Assembly: GCA_046537875.1 (NCBI GenBank)
Contig: JBKHJZ010000004.1
Span: 1 to 49,416 of the forward strand
DNA: 49,416 bases
Source of the DNA: Acidimicrobiia bacterium
GTDB taxonomy: Bacteria > Actinomycetota > Acidimicrobiia > Acidimicrobiales > VFJN01
Reading direction: 5' to 3'
In this document: positions 36,835 through 44,675 of the stretch, piece after piece
How the letters are laid out: each line of letters begins with the position of its first letter
How positions within the stretch are numbered: position 1 is the first letter of the stretch
Notes under the pieces: model-generated
Seen by the model: only the letters and a program-made list of their open reading frames with translations
Database searches by the model: none
What the model was told of the DNA's origin: nothing
Translations under genes and position numbers: made by a program

Positions 36835-37536
36835 TCATGTGCCCGGGAGCACCCCGGCCTGGTCGGACTCGAGGGCGGCACGCAGGCGGGTCAGGACCTG
36901 CTCGCGGACGCGCAGCTTGGTTGCCGCGTGGGCGCCCAGGTCGAGCCCGGCCAGTCGCTCGGCGGTCGCCCGGGCGACGGTGAGCAGCTCGCCCGGGGGG
37001 ACGACGCCGTCGAGGAGCCCGGTGCCCACGGCGGTGTCGGGCGAGAACGTCTCGGCCAGCGTCAGGATCCGCGAGAGGTGGGCGGGGTCGACCCGCTCGC
37101 GGCAGATCTCGATCGCAGCGCGCGGGAGCGTGAGCCCGATCGCGACCTCGTTGGCGACGATCTTGTGCGCCGCCCCCTGGACGCCGATCCGGTGGTCGCC
37201 AGAGAGCACCAGGAACAGGCCCATCGCCACGGCGTGCCCCGAGCACGCGATCACCACGGGCGTGGGGAACGAAAGGAGCCGGTGGGCGAGCTCGAACCCG
37301 GCGCGGACCATGGCGATCGCGCCCGGCCCGCCGGCCTGCAGGGTCGGCAGGTCGAAGCCGGCCGAGAACACGCCCTCCCGGCCGGTGAGCACGACGACCG
37401 CCCCCTCCGCCTGGGCCCGGTCGAGCGCGCCGTCCACCTCGCTCAGCAGGGCGGGGGAGAGGCTGTTCACCTTGCCGTCGTCCATCGTCACGATCGCGAC
37501 CGGGCCCTCGGCCTCGTACGTCACCCTGCTGCCCAT
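36835..37536 (-). CDS. Crotonase/enoyl-CoA hydratase family protein
   Basis: MDDGKVNSLS, FSAGFDL, GHAVAMG, NEVAIGL. Confidence 0.9.
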   Translation of the reverse strand: MGSRVTYEAEGPVAIVTMDDGKVNSLSPALLSEVDGALDRAQAEGAVVVLTGREGVFSAGFDLPTLQAGGPGAIAMVRAGFELAHRLLSFPTPVVIACSGHAVAMGLFLVLSGDHRIGVQGAAHKIVANEVAIGLTLPRAAIEICRERVDPAHLSRILTLAETFSPDTAVGTGLLDGVVPPGELLTVARATAERLAGLDLGAHAATKLRVREQVLTRLRAALESDQAGVLPGT

Positions 37537-37604
37537 CGCGCACCCCTCCCGTGAATCGCTGCCGACGCCGAACCCCGGCGCCGGTGTCTCGGCGGCACGC
37601 TAAT

Positions 37605-37631
37605 CGTGACGACGTTACGAAACAAGGTCAC
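37605..37631. promoter_or_regulatory. Tandem GTnAC-N3-GTnAC elements, candidate operator for the adjacent TetR
   Basis: CGTGACGACGTTAC followed directly by GAAACAAGGTCAC, in an AT-richer patch upstream of the crotonase-tetR pair. Confidence 0.4.
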
Positions 37632-37670
37632 CGTTGTGGCCGGCGGTGAGCCGGCGCAGCACCCGCGGCG

Positions 37671-38063
37671 TCAGCCCTCCAGGGCGCCGGGATCGGCCGG
37701 GACGTCCACCGCGTGCTCCCGGAGCGCCTCCAGCGGGACCGTGTCGAGGGCGCGTTCGTGGGTCGAGGCCAGCACCACGGGCGCGGCCACGCCGGCCTCG
37801 TACGCCCGCAGCCAGTTGACCGCGGTCACGCACCAGCGGTCGCCCGGCACCAGCCCGGGGAACTGGAACCGGGGCATCGGGGTGCTGAGGTCGTTGCCGA
37901 TGCTGCGCTGGTGCTCCAGGAACTCCGTGGTCACCACCGCGCAGATGGTGTGGCTTCCGAGGTCCTCCGGACCGGTGCGGCAGCAGGCGTCCCGGTAGAA
38001 GCCGGTGACGGGATCGTCGCCGCAGGGCTCGAGCTCGCCGCCCAACACGTTCCGGTCGTTCAC
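37671..38063 (-). CDS. DUF2237 family protein
   Basis: NVLGGELEPC..PVTGFYRDACC..DLGSHTICA..GNDLSTP..GDRWC..APVVLASTH. Confidence 0.9.
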   Translation of the reverse strand: MNDRNVLGGELEPCGDDPVTGFYRDACCRTGPEDLGSHTICAVVTTEFLEHQRSIGNDLSTPMPRFQFPGLVPGDRWCVTAVNWLRAYEAGVAAPVVLASTHERALDTVPLEALREHAVDVPADPGALEG

Positions 38064-38118
38064 GGCCCCAGTATCGCGGCTGGCCGCCCGGTCGCACGGG
38101 GCACCCGGGGGCCCGGTC

Positions 38119-38706
38119 TCAGGAGGCGAAGCCCTCGACGCCCGGCTCCCGCTCCACCCCGCACGAGTTCAGGGCGAACGCCACCAGGTGGTACTGGCCC
38201 ACGAGCATGGTCAGCTCGATCAGCTGCGGTTCGTCGTAGCGCGCCGCCAACCCCGCCCACGTGGTGTCGCCGATGCGGGCATCGGTGTGCAGTTCGTCGG
38301 CGGCGCGCAGCAGCCGGGCGTCCTCGGCGGACCAGCCGGGCGCATCGGGTCCCGCGGCGACCGCCTCGATCTCCTCGTCGGAGACCCCGGCGTCGCGGGC
38401 GATCACGAGGTGCTGGCCCCACTCGTACTCGGCGCCGCAGTTCCAGGCCGTGCGGAGGATGAGCAGCTCCCGGTCCCGTGCCGGGAGCAACCCGTTGAGC
38501 AGCAGCTCGCCGCCGAACCCCAGCCACCGCCGGAACAGGCGGGGGTGGCGCACGAGCGTCGAGAAGATGTTCAGCTCGCGGTCGCGCGAGCCGGTCGCCG
38601 CCGCCAGCAGGTCCCGCATCTCGCTGTCGCGCTGGTCCTCCGGCAGTGGGGGGATGCGGACGGCGTGCGCCGGGCCCCGCGAGGGATGGGGTGGCGTCGT
38701 GCTCAT
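38119..38706 (-). CDS. Carboxymuconolactone decarboxylase / AhpD-like family protein
   Basis: NIFSTLVRHP, RELLILRTAWNCGAEYEWGQH, AADELH, VGQYH. Confidence 0.88.
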   Translation of the reverse strand: MSTTPPHPSRGPAHAVRIPPLPEDQRDSEMRDLLAAATGSRDRELNIFSTLVRHPRLFRRWLGFGGELLLNGLLPARDRELLILRTAWNCGAEYEWGQHLVIARDAGVSDEEIEAVAAGPDAPGWSAEDARLLRAADELHTDARIGDTTWAGLAARYDEPQLIELTMLVGQYHLVAFALNSCGVEREPGVEGFAS

Positions 38707-38728
38707 GGCTGTCCTCCGTAACGGTGGG

Positions 38729-39565
38729 TCACAGGGTGTGGAGGCCGCCGTCGGCGAGGAGCGTCTGGCCGGTCACGTAGCTGGACTCCCGAGAGAGCAG
38801 GAACACGGCGACGTAGGCGACCTCCCACGGCGTCCCCTGGCGGCCCAGGGGCACCCGGGCCCGGCCCCGCGACGGGCGGCCCTCGGTGGCCAGCCGCCCG
38901 AGCGGCGTGTCGATCAGCCCGGGCGCCACCACGTTGGCCCTGATCCGCCGTCGGGCACCCTCCCGGGCGACGTGGCGGCAGAGGCCGGCGAGCGCCGCCT
39001 TGGACGAGTCGTAGGCCGGGATGCCGCTGCCGGGCTGCAGTCCGGCGAGAGAGGAGACGAAGACGATCGACGATCCGGCGTCGAGCCGGTCGGCTGCGGC
39101 CCGGCAGACGAGGAAGTGCGCCCGCGTGTTCAGGGCGAAGGTGCGGTCCCACTCGTCCGGCGAGGTGCCGGCCAGGCCCCGCCCGAGGCCGGCGCCGACG
39201 TTGAGCACCAGCCCGTCGATGCCGCCGAGGGCGGTCGCCGACTCGTCGACCAGCCGCTCGCAGTCGGCCTCGCGGGTGGCGTCGGCGACGACGGTGTGGG
39301 CCTTCCCACCCTCGCCGGCGATGAGCTCGCAGGTCTGCGCCGCAGCGTCGGCGTCGATGTCGACGCAGGCGACCGAGGCCCCCTCCCGAGCGGCGAGGAT
39401 CGAGATCGCCCGCCCGTTGCCCGGCGGAGCGGTGGGGTCGGGTGTGCGGCGGGTTCCCGCACCGACCACCACGACCCGGCGGCCCGTGAGCCGGCCACGC
39501 CCGGGCGCGCGACCTGCGGCCTCGTCCGGCAGCTCGTTCTCCACGGCATCGGTGTCGGAGGGCAT
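38729..39565 (-). CDS. SDR family oxidoreductase
   Basis: VVGAG..GNGRA, LVLNVG, YDSSK (YxxxK), NVVAPGLIDT, YVTGQ; start uncertain. Confidence 0.9.
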   Translation of the reverse strand: MPSDTDAVENELPDEAAGRAPGRGRLTGRRVVVVGAGTRRTPDPTAPPGNGRAISILAAREGASVACVDIDADAAAQTCELIAGEGGKAHTVVADATREADCERLVDESATALGGIDGLVLNVGAGLGRGLAGTSPDEWDRTFALNTRAHFLVCRAAADRLDAGSSIVFVSSLAGLQPGSGIPAYDSSKAALAGLCRHVAREGARRRIRANVVAPGLIDTPLGRLATEGRPSRGRARVPLGRQGTPWEVAYVAVFLLSRESSYVTGQTLLADGGLHTL

Positions 39566-39631
39566 GGGTCGTGGCTCCAGGGGCCGAGCGGTGGTGCGCG
39601 TCGTGGGCACCCTAGGCCGGTGCGCGACCGG

Positions 39632-40684
39632 TCAACCGTCCGTGACGAGGAGCGCCTCGATCGTGCCGCTCACGGCGAGCCGCGGCTCGGGGCCACCCAG
39701 GGCGACATAGGCCACCCCATCGATCACCGCGGCCCCGAGACCGTGGCGGGCGGTCCCCAGCGGGGGTAGCGCTGTGGTGCCACCGTCGGCGTCGATGCAC
39801 TCGACCTCGGCGAAGGTGCCGTCCGGCGCCTCGCCGCCGGCGAGGCAGGCCCCGACGCGGTCGCTGAAGAACGCGGTGACACCACCCCGGGGTGTCGGGA
39901 GCTCGCCGGCGGCCGAGACCGTGGTGCCCGTGAGCCGGTCGACCCTCGCGAGGTTGGTGTCGAGGCTGCCGCGCCGACCTCCCAGGAACCACACGTTGCC
40001 GTCGCCGTCACTCGCCGCCGCGAGGTGCTCGCGGGCGATCGACAGGGTGCCGGCCTCGGTCCAGTCGTCGGCGGGACCGGCGAGCACCCAGACGGCGTCG
40101 GCCAACCCCTCATCGCCGACCCCGCCGCCGTACGCCAGCCGCTCGCCGTCCCAGGCGCCAGCGCCGGCACCGCGGGGCCCCGGGAGCGCCGGTCCCTCCA
40201 CCCACGACCGGCCGTCGCCGTCGAGCACGAGCACGTCCGGGACGGGATCGAAGGCGAGAGAGCGGAACCCTCCCACCACCATCAGGTCGGGCCCTGCCGC
40301 GACCAGCGACGCGTGGTGCACGGGCGCCGGCAGGTCGGGCCCGGAACGCCACGTGTCGGTGCGGGGGTCGTAGACCTGCACCGCCGTCGAGACCTCGCCC
40401 TCAGCGGTGAGGCCGCCTGCCGTCCACAGCTCACCCTCGAAGGCCGCGACACCCACCTCGGTCAGGGCGAGGGGGGCGTCGGCGAGCTCGGTCCACGCGT
40501 CGCTCCCGACCTCGCCGACCGGTGCGGTCTGGTCGTCCGGTCGCTCGTCAGGCGAGCCGTCGTCCGCACCGTCGGGGGGTGCCGCCGGCTCGTCGTCGTC
40601 GGTGCAGGCGGCGGCCGAGGTCGAGCCCAGCCCGGCCAGCGCCACCCACGCGACGACGGTCAGCGACCAGCGTCGCCTGCTCAC
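39632..40684 (-). CDS. Kelch-repeat beta-propeller lipoprotein
   Basis: Signal peptide with AAAC lipobox-like site; repeated GG motifs (WTAGG, VVGG, YGGG, FLGG, LAGG, ALGG); GTGA overlap with the upstream gene. Confidence 0.82.
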   Translation of the reverse strand: MSRRRWSLTVVAWVALAGLGSTSAAACTDDDEPAAPPDGADDGSPDERPDDQTAPVGEVGSDAWTELADAPLALTEVGVAAFEGELWTAGGLTAEGEVSTAVQVYDPRTDTWRSGPDLPAPVHHASLVAAGPDLMVVGGFRSLAFDPVPDVLVLDGDGRSWVEGPALPGPRGAGAGAWDGERLAYGGGVGDEGLADAVWVLAGPADDWTEAGTLSIAREHLAAASDGDGNVWFLGGRRGSLDTNLARVDRLTGTTVSAAGELPTPRGGVTAFFSDRVGACLAGGEAPDGTFAEVECIDADGGTTALPPLGTARHGLGAAVIDGVAYVALGGPEPRLAVSGTIEALLVTDG

Positions 40685-41475
40685 GAGATCAGCTCGTCGA
40701 GGCGGCGTCCGGCGAGGGCGCGGGCCGCATAGGTGAACGTGCCCGTGTCCCGGATCTCGGTGGCGGCCCGGACCAGCTCGCCGTACGCGGCCCGCGCGAG
40801 GGCGCCACCGGTCGAGACGCGGCGCACGCCGACCGACGCGAGCGCGCCGGTGGAGGGGCCGTGCGGCAGGGCGAGCACGTTGACCGGGGCACCGACCTCG
40901 ACGACCAGGCGGGCGATGTGGTCGAGGTTCACGAGGCCCGGAGCGTAGAGCACCTCCGCCCCCGCTTCCCGGTAGGCCCGGAGCCGGCTGATCGTGTCGC
41001 GGAGGTCGTCGACGCCGTAGATGTGGTTCTCCGCCCTGGCGGTGAGCACGAGCCCGTGGCGGCGCGCCGCCTCGGCGGCCGCGGCGACCCGCTCGACTGC
41101 GACGTCGACCGGGTCGATCGAGCCCGTCGAGGGGTCGTAGTCCTCGATCGACAGGCCGGCCGCGCCGGTCTCGGCGATCCGGTCGACGGTGGACCCGATG
41201 CCCATCGGGTCCGCCGAGAAGCATCGCTCGGCGTCGACGTTGAGCGGCACGTCGACCGCCGAGGCGATGGCGGCCGTGTGCTCGACCAGCTCGTCGAGGA
41301 CGACGTGCTGGTCACGCCGGCCGAGGGAGGCGGCATGACCGGAGCTGGTGGTGGCGAGGGCGGGAAAGCCCAGGGAGGCGAGGATGCGTGCCGAGCCGAC
41401 GTCCCAGGGGTTGGGCATCACGAAGAGGTCGCCGGCGTGGAGGTCGCGGAAGCGGCGGCGGGCGTCGTCGGTCAT
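40681..41475 (-). CDS. Isocitrate lyase / PEP mutase family protein
   Basis: PNPWDVGSAR, ALATTSSG, PLNVDAE, GLSIED, TARAE, YREAGA, RRVSTGG. Confidence 0.9.
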   Translation of the reverse strand: MTDDARRRFRDLHAGDLFVMPNPWDVGSARILASLGFPALATTSSGHAASLGRRDQHVVLDELVEHTAAIASAVDVPLNVDAERCFSADPMGIGSTVDRIAETGAAGLSIEDYDPSTGSIDPVDVAVERVAAAAEAARRHGLVLTARAENHIYGVDDLRDTISRLRAYREAGAEVLYAPGLVNLDHIARLVVEVGAPVNVLALPHGPSTGALASVGVRRVSTGGALARAAYGELVRAATEIRDTGTFTYAARALAGRRLDELIS

Positions 41476-41762
41476 GCGGCGTGCAGCGCGGGCGCGGTCG
41501 GAAGGACGAGTCGTGACATGGACACAGGTTGGCGGATCGCGGCTCCCCGTGGCGGTCACCTGCTCGTGGCACCGTGCCGATCGGGAACCCTCGGGCGCCC
41601 GCGGGCCGGCCCGGCGCTGACCTATCGTCCGCCTGACCGATGGAGGGTGCGCGCTGGGGATGCGTGCCCGGCGGGACCGCGCAGGGAAGCAGGTCGATCG
41701 ATGGAGCACAGGGCGACGGGCGCGGGACGGGGTCCGGCGCCCACCGGCGGGGGAGGCCGGCG

Positions 41763-43055
41763 ATGACGCCGGCGACCGGACGTCGTGCCGGCGGCGGCCC
41801 GCGCGCTGGCCGTGGCCGAGGGATCCCCGGCGCGTGGCGCGCCGGTTCGCTCGTGGCGGTCGCCCTCGGGGTCGCGCTGGTGGCCACGGGGCTGTCACGG
41901 CGCCGGCGTGCGGACGCGCGGGCGCCGGCCGCACCGGTGAGGCCGCCGACGTCACGCCCCCGGCCGGCGGTCGCCGATCCGGTGTCGGTGTCCCCCGGCG
42001 CCGGGGGCGCGGCTCCGGTGGCGACGCCCGACGGCCGCGGGGTGTCGGACCCGGTGCCGGCAGCTGACCGTGCGGGGGTGTCGGCTCGGGCCCCGGTGGC
42101 ACCGGACGGGGGGAGCTTGCCGGGTCCGGCCCGGGAACCGGACGGTGGGAGCCTGCCGGGTCCGGCCCGGGCACCGGACGGGGGGAGCCTGCCGGGTCCG
42201 GCACCGACCTCGGACGCCGAGGATCCCCCGGCTCCGGCGTGGGCGCGTGGTGCGCGGGGCGAGCGCGCGGCCGCTCCTGTCCGGTCCCGCCGGTGGCCGG
42301 CCGTGGCGGCCGGGGTCGTGGTGCTGGCCGCGGCGGTTGTCGGGGCGGTGGTCGCCGGTGACCGTGGCGGCGGGCCGTCCGCGGCGACCTCGGGCACCAC
42401 GGCGGCGCCCGTGCGGTCGACCACCACGACCCCGGCGGTCGACGCGGTCGCCCCGGAGCAGGCTGTCCAGGTCGCGCGTCGCCGGTTGGCCGCCGCAGGC
42501 TCGTTCACCTACCGGGGCACGATCAGCGCCACCGACGTGAGCGCCGTCCGGCCCGGCCTCTGGCTGGCGGTCGACACCGCCATCGAGGGCGAGGTGGATC
42601 TGGCATCCGGGCGGCTCCACGAGGTCGCGGTGGCCGACGACGGTCGGGCCACGGAGGCGATCGTCGACGGGCCCACCGTGTGGGGGCGTGCGGCATCGAG
42701 TCGCGAGCAGCTCGCGGCCGTGCCGTACCAGCGGGTCGGGTCCGCCGCCGAGCCGGTTGCCCCACAGGGTGTCGCCCGGCTGGCGCGATGGCTCGCGACC
42801 GCCACCGATCACCACGACGTGGCAGATGCCCCGAACGGCCACCGCAGGGTGGCCGCAACGATCCCGGCCGAGGTCCTCGGCGAGGTCGAGCGCGGCCGCG
42901 AGCCGGTCGCCGGCAGGGTCGTGCTCACGCTGGCCGCGACCGGGGACCCGGTGGCGGTCGAGGTCACGACACTTCCCGACGGGCCGCCGCTGCGGCTCGC
43001 GATCACGCTCGCCGCTCTCGGCGAGCCGGTGGCGATCGAACCACCCGCCGCCTGA
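41763..43055 (+). CDS. Hypothetical membrane protein with a Pro/Ala-rich repeat linker
   Basis: Two hydrophobic segments separated by a low-complexity linker, then a Thr-rich stalk and a beta-rich C-terminal domain; start uncertain. Confidence 0.6.
   Translation: MTPATGRRAGGGPRAGRGRGIPGAWRAGSLVAVALGVALVATGLSRRRRADARAPAAPVRPPTSRPRPAVADPVSVSPGAGGAAPVATPDGRGVSDPVPAADRAGVSARAPVAPDGGSLPGPAREPDGGSLPGPARAPDGGSLPGPAPTSDAEDPPAPAWARGARGERAAAPVRSRRWPAVAAGVVVLAAAVVGAVVAGDRGGGPSAATSGTTAAPVRSTTTTPAVDAVAPEQAVQVARRRLAAAGSFTYRGTISATDVSAVRPGLWLAVDTAIEGEVDLASGRLHEVAVADDGRATEAIVDGPTVWGRAASSREQLAAVPYQRVGSAAEPVAPQGVARLARWLATATDHHDVADAPNGHRRVAATIPAEVLGEVERGREPVAGRVVLTLAATGDPVAVEVTTLPDGPPLRLAITLAALGEPVAIEPPAA
42102..42202 (+). 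repeat. 36-bp in-frame tandem repeat, about 2.8 copies (PDGGSLPGPARx)
   Basis: Units start at 42102, 42138 and 42174: CCGGACGG(G/T)GGGAGC(T/C)TGCCGGGTCCGGCCCGGG(A/C)A. Confidence 0.9.
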
Positions 43056-43096
43056 CGGCAACCCGCAGGTCGGCTCACGGGTCGCGTTCGCGCCCG

Positions 43097-44473
43097 TCAG
43101 CGCGCAGGGGCGATGTTCTGGTTCATGTGGAACAGGTTCTGCGGGTCGTAGGTGGCCTTGATCTCCGCCAGCCGGTCGTAGTTGCCGCGGTAGTTCTGTG
43201 GCACCCGCTCCTGGTCGTCGGACGCCATGAAGTTGACGTAGCCCCCCTCGACGCCCGAGTGCGGGTGGATCGCCGACCAGTAGTCCCGCACCCACCGGGT
43301 GTTCCGCTCGTTGTCGGCCGGGTCGGGCCACATGCCGGCGATGTTGGCGATGAACTTCACATCGCGGTACGCGAACGCCGTGTCGTCGGTGCCGACCCGC
43401 TGCACGGCGCCGTCGATGGGGTACAGGTGCATGGTGGACTGCACGCAGGGGACGTTCGGGCCGTGCTCGACGTGGGCGGCGATCCCCTCGTCGGTCAGCT
43501 CCCTGACGAAATCGGCCTTCCAGTAGTGCTGGAGGCCCGGGGGCACCAGCGCGTCGAAGGCGCTGTTGAGCGCCGGGTAGGGCATCGGCCCGACGTGTTG
43601 CGCCACCACCGGGGCCACGTCGAACAGGGGCTTGAACAGCGCATCGGCGTCGTCTTCCCGGCCTGCGAGGCAGGTGACGAGCGCGCACAGCGTGTCTCCG
43701 TGCCGATCCTCCGGGATGAAGGGAAGCGGCGGTGCGATCTGCCAGGCGAAGAAGGCGCCCATCTCCTCCGGCGCCTCCGAGATGTAACGCCGGTAGAAGT
43801 CGAGCACGGCCGGGGCGTCATCGACCTCGTAGAAGATCGGGCCCCCGACGATGTCGCGCACCGGGTGGAGCGCGAACTCGAACGAGACCGCAGCGCCGAA
43901 GTTGCCCCCGCCGCCACGCAGAGCCCAGAACAGGTCGTCGTGCTCGTCGGCGCTCGCGGTGATCAGCCGGCCATCGGCGGTCACGACGTCGGCCGACGCG
44001 AGGTTGTCGCACGACAGCCCATAGCGCCGGGCGAGGTGGCCGACACCGCCCCCCAACGTGAGGCCGCCCACCCCGGTGGTGGAGATGATGCCGCCGGGCG
44101 TCGCCAGCCCCCAGGCGTGGGTCGCGTGGTCGAGGTCGCCCCAGGTGGCACCCCCGCCGACGCGGGCGCGCCGCCGCTCGGGATCGACCTGCACGTAGCG
44201 CATGCCCGACAGGTCGGCAACGAGTCCCCCGTCGCAGGTTCCGAAGCCCGGCACGCTGTGGCCGCCGCCGCGGACGGCCAGGTCGAGTCCATTCTCGCCG
44301 GCTGCCCTGACCACTGCGGCCACGTCGGCCGCGTCGACGCAGCGGACGACAGCCGCCGGCCGTCGGTCGTGCATGGCGTTGTGCACAGAACGGGCCTGGT
44401 CGTAGCCGTCGTCACCCGGCTCGAAGACCTCGCCGCGCACCTGCTCGCGCATCCTGTCGATGCTCGTTGTCAT
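43097..44473 (-). CDS. FAD-linked oxidoreductase, berberine-bridge-enzyme / 6-HDNO-like
   Basis: AVRGGGHS (covalent-FAD His), TGVGGLTLGGG, DLFWALRGGGGNFG, GYVNF, KATYDPQNLFHMNQNI; AGGAG RBS. Confidence 0.93.
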   Translation of the reverse strand: MTTSIDRMREQVRGEVFEPGDDGYDQARSVHNAMHDRRPAAVVRCVDAADVAAVVRAAGENGLDLAVRGGGHSVPGFGTCDGGLVADLSGMRYVQVDPERRRARVGGGATWGDLDHATHAWGLATPGGIISTTGVGGLTLGGGVGHLARRYGLSCDNLASADVVTADGRLITASADEHDDLFWALRGGGGNFGAAVSFEFALHPVRDIVGGPIFYEVDDAPAVLDFYRRYISEAPEEMGAFFAWQIAPPLPFIPEDRHGDTLCALVTCLAGREDDADALFKPLFDVAPVVAQHVGPMPYPALNSAFDALVPPGLQHYWKADFVRELTDEGIAAHVEHGPNVPCVQSTMHLYPIDGAVQRVGTDDTAFAYRDVKFIANIAGMWPDPADNERNTRWVRDYWSAIHPHSGVEGGYVNFMASDDQERVPQNYRGNYDRLAEIKATYDPQNLFHMNQNIAPAR

Positions 44474-44588
44474 GAGTGGGCTCCTCGTCGGTGAGGGGTG
44501 GGTGCCCGGGGCCGTCGCCCCGGGTCACTCACCCGTGGGTCCCGCCACCGTGGCCTCGGGCCGGCCCCGCCCGCCGTGGTGGGCCGTC

Positions 44589-44616
44589 CGTCACTTTCTA
44601 GGCGTGACATTCCAGG
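44589..44616. promoter_or_regulatory. 14-bp tandem direct repeat in a divergent intergenic region
   Basis: CGTCACTTTCTAGG / CGTGACATTCCAGG, 11 of 14 identical. Confidence 0.45.
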
Positions 44617-44675
44617 GCCGGCGCGTGCCATCGCATGGCACACCGACGCCGCGGGCCGGGCGGTGACCCGCGGAC

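Noticed and set aside
42102-42202. CRISPR array
   Set aside because: The 36-bp units are contiguous with no unique spacers, lie in frame within a CDS, and no cas genes are present.
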